A DNA stretch of 63,898 bases, filler included, from Reclinomonas americana ATCC 50394 (taxonomy: Eukaryota): the NCBI GenBank assembly GCA_048213135.1. It is 24 parts of 24 records of this genome, joined end to end, with 100 filler letters (N's around TTAATTAATTAA, not from the genome) between each part and the next. Parts side by side here need not be neighbours in the genome. Positions count along the whole stretch, not along the records: positions 41,344 to 43,173 come from AFZH01021386.1; positions 43,274 to 45,501 come from AFZH01021387.1; positions 45,602 to 48,205 come from AFZH01021388.1; positions 48,306 to 52,557 come from AFZH01021389.1; positions 52,658 to 54,323 come from AFZH01021390.1; 19 more parts are not named here. The stretch is one strand, 5' to 3'. Position numbers and translations under genes: made by a program. Within the stretch, counting starts at the first letter, position 1, and every line of letters begins with the position of its first letter. The notes beneath the pieces were generated by a model, which was given only the letters and a program-made list of their open reading frames with translations, made no database searches and was not told the origin of the DNA. Shown here in pieces: positions 43,165 through 53,818 of this stretch.

Positions 43165-43510
43165 CTCGTTCGTNNNNNNNNNNNNNNNNNNNNNNNNNNN
43201 NNNNNNNNNNNNNNNNNTTAATTAATTAANNNNNNNNNNNNNNNNNNNNNNNNNNNNNNNNNNNNNNNNNNNNCCCCAATGCGCTCTTCTTCATCATCTC
43301 ATCATCATCGTTGCTGTTGATGGAGAAAGAGGAGGAATGCATCATCGTCATCACTGGCATCATCACATGCTGCTTGCTGTCGACGAGCATCATGTCTGCT
43401 TTCTCATCGTCGTCGCACGGAGAAGAGGCAGACATTGGCAGCGAAGGAGTTGTTGTTGTTGTTGTTGATTGAGGGCGTGGAGGAGGAGGAGGAGGACGTC
43501 GAGCGGCCAT
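38419..43510 (-). CDS. Tandem-domain protein, paralog B (4 visible domain copies)
   Basis: Start MAARRPPPP (43510); 43274-43740 aligns with 35824-36270; PPKKKKT ~42128-42148; units at ~41344-42050, 40552-41243, 39512-40540 and 38419-39460. The 3' end is uncertain. Confidence 0.85.
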
Positions 43511-44213
43511 TTGTGTGTGTCTTGGTTGTTGTTTCGCACACACACGCACGCGCTGTGTGATGCAAAAACGGAGAGAAAGAGAAAGGAATGAAGATTCGTT
43601 GATCCGAACAGCAAGATGAAACGGTGGCAAGTTGTGATGTGAGGGAAGAAGAAGAGGAGTGGCAGAGGAAAGAAGGAGAGAGAGGAAGGTGTCAGGAGAA
43701 CTGGGCAACCTTGGGTGCATCATCAACTGCGATTGTTCTCCATGACCAGCAATGCATGTCTCTTTGTTTTGGATCTCTCTCTCTCTCACAAAGAGAACTT
43801 GGATCAGGGAGCTGGTGCTGAGATGATGATGAACAACAACTCCACACCGAGTACAACTGTGCACATGAGCAGCTGCAGCAGGGCAGCATTCAACCTCGAT
43901 GGACACCGAGGAAGAGCCGCAGACAGACACCATGCACAAGGTCACGATATCGCAACCCTGATTGTCCTAGAGACTGCATTCTAACCGCACCCGCTGAGGT
44001 GTGCAGGTGCAGGAGTATCCACAGACACAACAAGGCAGCAACTCCGTCGGATAGCGAGGCAGGGACGCACACAGACAAACCGAGATTCCATCGAGACTGT
44101 CTTCCAATCACATCCGCTGAGACGGTGTCGGCTGCAAATGCAGGAGTCTCCACACATTCCCTCGTGTCACATTCTTCTGTTTAATGCGGCGGCACAGGCA
44201 GTCTCCTCCTCAT

Positions 44214-45430
44214 CTATGTTGTTTCAGCAACGGGGTGGTGACCTCGTCGCCTCCCTACGAGCACACTCCCATGCGTCAGTCCCACCGCCACATCACAACA
44301 CCAGCCGCTGCAATTCTCCGCAACTTTTCTCTGCTTCCCCTGCCGATCGTCGTCGTCATCGTCGTCATCATCGTTATCATCGTCAGCCATCAAGTCATCC
44401 TGCACAAGCGAGCGCTTTGCCAGCGAGCCATCTCTCGGCTCCGTGCTAGTGTGCATCAGCAAAAACGCCAGCAGTGCCATGACGCCAGCCACGATCAACA
44501 ACATATATCTGCGGGAGCGACACACAAATGGGTGCTGGTGCCAACGCCGAGCTGTTGCTGGCACACGAACTGACTCACCCAAAGTACATGAACGCCTTGA
44601 CGCCGTCATTCGGCGACAAGTAGAATGCTCCGCCCAGTGCAAGGCGCAGCAGCGCCGCCGTCAGCTTCACAACGAATCCGCGCACGCCAGTGATGGAAGA
44701 ATTGTGTGCCTCTGCAGCAACGTGTCACAGCAGTAAGTTCGTCATTCTTCACAGTAGACTACTGGCGTGCCACATCAACAATCGAAAAAGCAAGGAATTT
44801 TCGTTTGACTCCACTCGTCGTCTACTCAATACGGTTCCTACTCAGAACCGACGATTCTTTGCCACGTACTCTCCCCCGCTATGCGACTGTGCGATCAACT
44901 GCGTGCCACACAGTCTGGAACTTGCGTAGTGCATGTTCTCTCGTCTCCCAAATTCTCGCACGTGCTGATCGAAAGCTTCATCTCGTTGAGCAGCTACTCT
45001 TTATGCGCACTGTGCGCAACACGCACTCTGCTTGTCTCACTTGTCTCGCACGAGTTTTCTCCTTCCTGAGTTGCCTCGCAGTCATGTCTCCCTATTTCAA
45101 CCTCTCTCTCCCTCTATGCCTCCCCCAACGCAACGATCCATGCACAACTGCATCACAGCCAGCAACGCCAACCGCCCAAACACATTGGTCGACACGAAAA
45201 CCAGCATCACCACTTCCACCACCACAAACTGGCCAATCACACCCAGCTGCCGCCCAAACAGCATGCTCGGCAGCCACACCAGGGCCAGAATCACCACTCC
45301 AAGCGAGGCGATAATGGTCCACCAGAACGACGAGGCGGTTACGCCTCGCTTCATGCAGCACTGCGCTTGGTTGGCGGGTGCGTAGATGAGTGAGCCGATC
45401 CAACCGCCCACGCCGAATGCGCATAACTGT
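44214..45430 (-). CDS. MFS-like transporter, C-terminal half; paralog of 24762-29626
   Basis: AFGVGGWIGS...TNVFGRLALLAVMQLCMDR and NSSITGVRGFVVKLTAALLRLALGGAFYL...AFMYF align with SFGLGGVFGS...TNIYGRSAVASLMQMDVDR and NSAVTGMRGFWMKFTAAGTRLALGACFHL...AFMYY. Both have an intron at the same position after MD/VD. Confidence 0.75.
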
Positions 45431-46204
45431 GTGCGTGTGTGCGAGTTGAGTGGAAGGGAGAGGAGAAAAGAAAGGGAGGTGGCAAGAGGGGACGGTGTGG
45501 GNNNNNNNNNNNNNNNNNNNNNNNNNNNNNNNNNNNNNNNNNNNNTTAATTAATTAANNNNNNNNNNNNNNNNNNNNNNNNNNNNNNNNNNNNNNNNNNN
45601 NTCTCTCTCACACACACACACTCACACACATTACACACAATGAGAGAAAAACACGCAACAACTTGCCCAGTTCTTCTGGTCTATACACATGCTGTCGATG
45701 ATGATGTTGATGCAGCTCGTGTTGAGAGGGGTGCTGGTGAGGAGGAGGAAGAGAGGTCATTGCTCTCTCTTTCCTTTATTTGTGCGCGTGATATCCAAGA
45801 TGACGTCATTTGTCCACGGCAATATCGGCAGCACAGTGTATCAAACGCCGAACGACAGCACTGCGATGTCAGTACGTGGCAGGAGGGGCTCCATAGCTAT
45901 TCGCCAAGAAAAGGCGGAATACTGGACGCAATCGACTTGTTCTGCTGACGAAGTCTTCTTCCGGATCCTGGCCTGGAGGCCGTGTGTCCTGAATAGGGCT
46001 TTACTCTCAACACCGACAACACACTTAAAACAGTTTTAGTTGTAGAAGGAAAGCACACGAGACTTGTTGGCGATCACTGGAAGATGCTCATTGTTGTGTA
46101 TGGATCAGTGAAGTTTCTATTATTATTATTGTACGATTTCGATATTGAGGTATTCGTAAACACGCGTTTGAGTAGCTTGGACTCCTCAAAGGGAAGACGA
46201 CTGT

Positions 46205-46375
46205 TGAGAAAGAGTAACTGTGTGTCTATCGCCAAGAGATTTGTGGACATTTGTCGCGATCTCATTGTTGCAATGTGGTGAAGGAAGTGTGTTGCAATTG
46301 TTTTGAACTCACCAACGACAACAACAACAACTTACTAATCTAAACAGCAACACAGCTGCATGGTGATCACCATGT
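46205..46375 (+). repeat. Degenerate element X (copy 3) followed by element Y
   Basis: gagatttgtggacatttgtcgcg...tgcaatgtggtgaa (X), then tactaatctaaacagcaacacagctgcatggtgatcaccat (Y, also at 53170-53210). Confidence 0.7.
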
Positions 46376-46660
46376 TGAGTGAGCACCAGAAACTCAGACA
46401 GCACGAAAAAAAGCGAGAAAAAGTCGAATGCTGGCGTTTCTGCAAGAGAAACCACGACATGGATTTGACGCCAAATTCCACCAAGGCAACAGCTGTCTTG
46501 CTGACCAAGTCCAACCAGTATCCAAAGCATCAACACAAACACAAGTCTTGAGGGCAGCAGCAGATTTTTTGCATATCTTTACGGCATAGCCCTTCGAGCT
46601 TCGTATAACTTATTGTACTCATCTCACGCAGCCCTTGTCACTGCGCACCTCCTCACCAAG

Positions 46661-46733
46661 TCCCCGATGGTCTAGGTGGTTAGGATCGCAGACTCTCACT
46701 CTGCAGGCCCGGGTTCAACTCGCGGTCGGGGAG
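46661..46733 (+). tRNA. tRNA-Glu (anticodon CTC)
   Basis: Acceptor stem TCCCCGA/TCGGGGA; D-arm TGGTCTAGGTGGTTAGGAT; anticodon stem GCAGA/TCTGC with loop CT-CTC-AC; T-loop TTCAACT; one G-G mismatch in the T-stem. Confidence 0.9.
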
Positions 46734-46953
46734 TCGCAACAACTGAGAAATCACTTGTGGCTCTATTTTTGTTCGAGTGTGTAATTGTTTGTCAACTGCT
46801 CCATTCTTGTTTTTTTGCTTCACAGTGTCGCTCTCTGTACCTTTGTGCAACTCCCTGTGCTCCACATTTGTGTGCGTTAGGAGGCAGCTGTGTCAAACAT
46901 TTGAAACATTACATCCCCCTCTGCCAAAAGTAGTATTGCTGTAAACATCGACT

Positions 46954-49900
46954 TTATTCCTCCTCCTCCTCCACCGCCGCCACACTCATCCTTCCACGCT
47001 TCTTCTTCAACCTCTTCTGCTCCTCCACCCCGCCCCCACCATTCGCCATTGGCGTGTCCCCCCGAGATGACGACGACGACACAGTGCCGGGCAGTGAGGC
47101 GCGCGACGGCCTCTCGTCGGTCTCCATCTTGTCCTTGTTCTTGTTCTTCTTCTTCCCAGTGGTGGCCGCCACCACCTGCGTCTTGCCGCTGGCTGATGCC
47201 GACGACGGAGTCTCAAACGCCAGCGCCGGCACTGCACTCTTGCTCTTGCCAGGTGTAGGCGTAGTGGTTGTCGTCGTGGTGGTGGTGGTGGTGGCTGAAG
47301 GAGTGCGTGGAGACACGGCGGCATCGGTCGCCTTGCTCTTCTTCTTGTCCTTGTTCTTCTTCTTGGCGGACTCGGCATGACCATTCGCCACCGCCCTCTT
47401 CTCCGAGGCTGGTCGATCGGCGGCAGTCTTGAGCGGCACCACCAAGTGATCCATCGACGTGAACGAGCGGCCGACAGACGACGACACCGAGGCGGCAAAC
47501 AGCATCTCCAGCATGCCCTGCACCGCCAACAACTCGGTCTGCAGCGACAGCTCGGCGCGCATGCGCGATCGCAGCAGGAACAGCAGCTCGTCAATGACCA
47601 CACTCTGGCCCACCACACCGCCGTATGTGTCTGCGTCAGGCAACGGTGAGCATATACAGGAAGCCGGCACTTCTTCCGCCCCTCCTCCAAACTCACCTAA
47701 AATCAACTCCGCGACATCCAGCACAATCGCCGTGTAATTGGCATCGGCAATGTACTTGACGCAGAACGACAGCACCGGCTCGAGAGTCACCTCGTCGCGA
47801 CCCGACAGCGCCACCGTCAGTCCGTCGCGCACCGACAACTCGTCCAGCACGCTGCAGATGATCAGCGGGTTCTTGGTCTGCGGTGAGGGGGGGAGGTTAA
47901 AGGGGGCGAATCTCGTGGGGCCCGCAGGGAGAGGAGATTTAAAAAACGCAACAATAAGCACCGCATCCAGGGCGTCGGCGTAGCGGAATGTTCGCAGCAT
48001 TTGATCGTATGGGGCCAGGCGCTTCAGCCGGGTGCCTTGAACGCGCAGGTCCTGTGGAGAGAGAGAGGTCCAGTGAGAAAAGAGAGGGGGTGGAAGGGGA
48101 AGGGGAGGGGAGGAGAAGGGGAAGGGGAGGAGAGGGGGAGGGAGGAGGAGGGGGAGGGAAGGGGGAAGGGGGAAGAGCGGAAGGGGGAAGAGCGAAAGGG
48201 GGAAGNNNNNNNNNNNNNNNNNNNNNNNNNNNNNNNNNNNNNNNNNNNNTTAATTAATTAANNNNNNNNNNNNNNNNNNNNNNNNNNNNNNNNNNNNNNN
48301 NNNNNGAAGGGGGAAGAGCGAAGGGGGAAGAGCAAAGGGGAAGAGCGAAGGGGGAGAGCGAGGGGAAGAGCGAGGGGAAGAGCGAAGGGAAAGAGCGAGG
48401 GGGAAGAGCGAGGGGGAAGAGCGAGGGGGAAGAGCGAGAGGACGGGAACGGGGAAGAGCGAGGAGGAAGATCGAGGGGAAGGGGGAAGAGCGAGGAGAGC
48501 AGGAGGAAGAATGGGAAAAGAGAGGAGAGGGAGACAAGATGGATTGAAAAAAGGCATGGTGAGGGACGCAAGAAACGATGACAACTCATCAACAAGGCAC
48601 GGGAGGGGACGGAGAATGCGGAAGGAGACAAAGGTGGAGTGGAAATATCGGGAGATGGAAGAGGAGCACATGAGAAATGTAATGCAAAGAACGACAAGAA
48701 AGCGGGGTGGCGTATTGAGGTAGAACAGAGAGAAAATGAGACGGAAGACTGGAAGGAAAGTCTGATAAATCCCTCGCAATATCTAATGCTGAACAGCCCT
48801 TTGATACTCCCTCTGATAAGCAACACAACTGCGGCTTCGTCACTCACACCTTTCTTTGCAAAGACAGTGCAGTCTGACTATTACTCCTCTTCTTGATCCC
48901 CTCTCCTCTCTCTACTCTTTCTCCCCCTCCTACTCTCTTCCTTCCCACACGCAACATCGGTGGCCCGCGCCGACTGCCCGCGCAAAAAGTAGGCGTAGGT
49001 GCCGGTGCGCAAGTAATCGCGCTTCTTCTGCTCGGCCTTGAACTCGGGTCCCGACACCTCTCGCCTCCTCCATTCCACCGCGCCGGAGGCGAATCCCACG
49101 GCCAGGTCGGTGTCGTCGGGCGCCAGGTCCATGGAGAGGATCGGCGAGGGGAAGTACATCGAGTGTACCAGGGAGAAGCTGGAGGTGTCGTACACCTACA
49201 GAAGGGGAAGGGATGGTGAGGGGAAGGCGAAGGAGAAGGGGGACAGGGGAAAAGGAGAAGGAAAAGGAAGAGTGGAAGAGAGAATCGTTCTCACTTCTCT
49301 TATTCTTCTCTTACTTTCTCATGTGTCATTTCTCATAAGTGTAATCTTTTTCGTCGGTTCCATCCTCTAATCTTACTCCCGTCTCCTGGTGCCTTTCTCA
49401 CTTCTCTCTCCTGTCCACTCATTCTCTCTTCTTCTCCAATCTCTCTCTCTCTGTGAGTGTGCGTGTGTGTTTTTCATCCTTCTCAAGTTCTCTCTCTCCG
49501 TTGTCTCGCGTTCCCTCTTCTTCTCCTGTACTGTCCATGTCTCACTCTGTGCTTTTCTCTCTCGTCTCTCGCCTTCTCTCTCCTTTCACCTTCTGTGTCT
49601 TGCAGGTTTCACTCATTCTCTCTTCTTCTGTGTGTGCCTTCCTCATTATTCTCACCTTCTCTCGTTCCGCTCATGTCAACTCTTACTTTCTCTGATCTCT
49701 GTGTCTTTCACTCCCCTCTCCACTCTTCGTTTCCTTTCTCTCTCACTCTCTGCGCGTATCTTTCGACCTTTTTCATCTATCTCGCCTTCTCTCGTATCTC
49801 TTCTTTCCTCTCTCTCTCACCCATCTCCCTTTTTTCCCATTTTATCTCTCTCTACGTGTGTTTCGCATCTTGCTCACCTTTCCTTCTCTCTTCTTTCGTT

Positions 49901-52024
49901 TTCTCCCTCTCCCTCTCCCTCTCCCTTTCCCTCTCCCCCCTCTCCCTCTCCCTTCCCTCCCTCCCCCCTCATTCACACCTTCACAAAATGATCCAAACTC
50001 CCCGACAACAACCGCGATCCATCCTCCGTCAACCGCAAACACGTCACCGTCTTTTGGTGATAGCACAACTCCGCCAGCGGCTCCGTGCGCCCCGACACCA
50101 CGTCAAACACGCGCACCGTGTTGCCGGCACTGGCGTAGGCCAGCGACCCACCCGCATGCAATCGCACGCTCTCCACCGGCGCGTCACACTTGAAGGTGGC
50201 CACCACCGAGGCCGACCGCATGTCCAGCACGCGCACCGAGTGGTCGTACGAGCCGGCCAGGATCACCGGCGGTGATCCGTCCGACGTTTGTGGGGCGTCG
50301 AGAGTGCGCACGTAGTCCTCGAAAGCGTCGGAGATGGCGACCACGCACTCGCCGCTGACCACGTCCCACAGTCGCACCGTCATGTCGTCGGAGCCGGTCA
50401 CCAGCGCCGCGCGTTGGGAGGGGAAGAGGACGGCGTGGACGGCGCTGGAGGATTAAGAAGAAGGGAGTGAGTGAGGGAAGGGAAGGGAGAGTAACATTCC
50501 CACTCACCGACTGTGTCCCTTGAGGATACGCAGGCGTGTCCGACTGGCCGTGTCAAACAGATGCACGTGCGGGTACTCGCCGACCACGGCCAGCAGTCGG
50601 CCGTCGCTTGGTCGATAGGCGCAGCAGTGCAGCAGGTCGCGGAATTGCGAGAGTTGTCGCTCTGGTTGTCGGGAGTTGCCGGAGAAGAGGTCGACCTGAG
50701 GGTGAGGGAAGGGGTGAGGGAAGGGGGAGGGGGGAGGGGAAGGGAAGGGGGAGAGAGGAGAGGGAGAGAGGAAAGGGAGTGAATAAATACCAACTGCAGA
50801 AGGCTGACGGGTCTTCACAGTGTGTGAGAAGGAGAATGCAATGATGCACGCACAGAGAGAGAGAGAGAGGAGGGAGCGTGAGAGAGCGCGTGTGGGCGTG
50901 AGAACGAGATGATTGTGAATGAGAGAGAAAACGAGAGAGGCAGTGTACGAGGAGAGTGTGAAGGAGAGAACTACAGAGAGGGTGATACAGAGAAGGGATT
51001 GTGGATAACGGGTCTTCACAATGTGTGAGAGGGAGTGTGCAAGGATGCATGGGCACACAGAGAGAAGAGTGTGAAGGAGAGAACGACACAGAACGCGCGT
51101 GGACGTGACTGAGAGGAAAATGGACAGGTGGACGAGTGTTCACAGTGTGTGTGAATGAGAATGCAATGATGCACGCACAGAGAGAGAGAGGGAGGGGGGG
51201 GAGCGTGAGAGAGAGAGAGCGAGACAGTGAGAAGGAGAGAACTACAGAGATCGTGTGGGCGAGACAGAGAGAGGAGACTATGGACGGGTGGATGAGTCAA
51301 CACAGCGTGTGAGAGTGTGCAATAATGGATTGCATGCTTCCATCGCAATCCTGCAAATAGTCCCACGGCCTTCAGCCTGTCATATTGCTTGGCCTTGCTG
51401 CTCTTTCCACACGCTCACGAAATATAAGGATCCTCTTAGTCACTCACTCTCGCTCTCATACCCTCACAAACTCACTCTCCGCCATCACGCATGACACTGT
51501 CTTTCCGCGGCCACACGAACAAACCTTTGCGCCATTCACCACCGCCAGCTCGTGCGGACTCACAGGCGAGAACTTGACATCCTTCACCAGTGCGCCGGCG
51601 AGTTGTGTCGTCACAGGTCTCTGTGAAACAAGAGGGAAAGGGGAAAGGGGGGTGAATGGCAGTGAGTGGAGGCTGAAGCAGCGCCTGATAGTGAAAAGGC
51701 AGAGAGTGGAGACTGACGGGAATGTGAGAGTCACAGAGAGAGGCAGAAGAGCAGACAAGGAACAAGAGAGAGAGAGAGTCACAGACAAGGAGAGAAGGGG
51801 AGAAGAGAAGGCGAGATGCAGCAACTGAGTGGCGAGAGTGACAGGGGAGAGCGTCACTGAGGGCGAGAAACATAGGCAGGGTCGCAGACAAGGAGACCAC
51901 GAGCAAGAGTGTGAGTGTGTGCGAGACACAGAGAGTGAAAGAGGCACTCAAGACAGTGTGTGTGACAAGTAGTGAGAAGAGAGGCAGGATCACAGACATG
52001 GAGAGTGTGCGAGGGTGGGAGTCA

Positions 52025-52062
<38 letters not shown>

Positions 52063-52455
52063 AGTCACACAAGACAGCGAAGAGTGAGAGTGTGAGAGAG
52101 CAACACAGCACAATGCACACACTTACTCTCTCTTACACACACATGCACACACAAAGAGAAAGAAGAAAACCGTGAGAAAAAATGCAACGAGTCTGTTGAT
52201 GTGAATGAGCACATGGACATGGCGCAACACACACACTCTCTCTCTCACCCTCACTCTCTCTCACACACACACATCACACTCAACTGCAAACTTGCTCCAG
52301 TACTTGGCCTCTGTTGGATTCGAGTTGGGCGTGGGCACGAGGGAAGGCCGCGAGACAGGCAGGGGTGCTCGTTGCGCCACTGGCACGTAATAGGTCGATT
52401 GGCGACGCGCAGAGGACTCGTCGATGAGAGAGCTGGAGACACCGGCGCTGCTCAT
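46954..52455 (-). CDS. UTP15: U3 snoRNA-associated protein 15 (SSU processome), WD40 + UTP15_C, with K-rich C-terminal extension
   Basis: TEAKYWSKF; FSPVSPHELAV; LSQFRD...YRPSDGRL; LRILKGH; DYVR; GSYDHSVR; HQKTVTCL...LLSGSLDHFVKVY; PSPILSM; LAPYDQMLRTFRYADALD; ALSGRDEVTLEPVL; VQGMLEML. Confidence 0.95.
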
Positions 52456-52711
52456 TGTTGTGTGTGAGGGAAGGAGAGTGTGCATGGGGCAGATTGGCGC
52501 AGGACCGGCGTGTCCTTTGACTTCGGAAATTGTTTTGGGTGGATCGACAGCGACAACNNNNNNNNNNNNNNNNNNNNNNNNNNNNNNNNNNNNNNNNNNN
52601 NTTAATTAATTAANNNNNNNNNNNNNNNNNNNNNNNNNNNNNNNNNNNNNNNNNNNNGACATCGAACGAAAAACGAGAAAATGAGGTGAACGGCCATACA
52701 CCAGCTCGGAC

Positions 52712-53290
52712 ATTCATTCACCAACAAACAAGCAACGGCTGTCTCCAACCGTATCCAACGCATCAACGCAAACACCAGTCTAGAGGCACGAAGCAGTTAC
52801 AACAAAACACTTCATTCACTCCATTCCAATAATGCGAAAACGCCCACAAATCCCTTGCCGACAATGACCATCGGCACACCAACAATATACAAAATACATA
52901 CTTAAATCTCCTACAGGCAAAGTCAATCAAACGCGTGTTCGCCCCGACAGAATTTTGTTTCTTCGCTCGGAACTTCGAACATGTCGAGAACTGCGATTTG
53001 CACCGCAAGCGCAGTTAACAAGCGTCGATGCGTTGGTGGAAATACGCGTTCTGCTTGTGTGCGCTCGGTTTCTCGAGCTGAGCTCGGATACTGCGAAGGA
53101 TCTGTTCGTCGATCGGAAAGTCACCAACAAACGAAATGCGCGATTCTGGCGGTAAAAAAACAACAACTTTACTAATCCAAACAGCAACACAGCTGCATGA
53201 TGACCACCATTTCTTACATGAGAAACTACGCAGCCATACGGTTGAACTTGGTCATCAAGACAGCTGTTGCTTGTTTGTTGGTGAATGAAT
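52712..53290. mobile_element. Candidate non-autonomous (MITE-like) element bounded by imperfect inverted repeats; contains elements X (copy 4) and Y
   Basis: attcattcaccaacaaacaagcaacggctgtct (52712-52744) is the reverse complement of 53258-53290 with 1 mismatch. No transposase or clear target-site duplication is seen. Confidence 0.4.
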
Positions 53291-53818
53291 TGTTGTTGTA
53301 GTTCTGCCAACGTTTCATTCAAGAGCAGCTGGTAAATCTTCCAGCGCTCTGAATTCGAGGCATGGCCCGATGAGTCGAGAATTCGAACAGCAAGCTGCAT
53401 TTCAATCGCCGAAGCGCGCATATTCAGAGCTCTGGGATCCGAACCCGCCGCAGCATTGTTTGCCTGACAGATTTCCTTTTCCCAAAGAACACAGTACGAC
53501 CGCAGAAAACGCACGCGGACATCGATGCAGTTCTCGGCTTGTGCACACCTGACGCCGCCTTCAAAACTGGAGTCGGCGTTGATGCATTGGTTATGGTTGA
53601 ACTTGGTCATGAGGACGGAGGAGAAGACGACAGCATCCGCTGTTGCAGCATAACATGTTTGTCGTCGAGCGCGTTACGTCTTCACACAAATAGCCATCAA
53701 CAAAACCCACAACGTCATCCATCTGCACACCAAATTTCACTCACGTTGCGCGCACATCACATTTTACACGCAATCCCAAATCTCCCAACAAGAATCGCCT
53801 CCCCCCTCCGCCCAGCGC

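Noticed and set aside
29968..43510. Tandem-domain genes as transposons or viral inserts
   Set aside because: They have many spliceosomal introns; no transposase, RT, integrase or capsid motifs and no terminal repeats were seen.
50800..51260. Short direct repeats in UTP15 and AP1G1-proximal introns (also 58880-59200)
   Set aside because: Ordinary local slippage duplications with no structure or coding signal.
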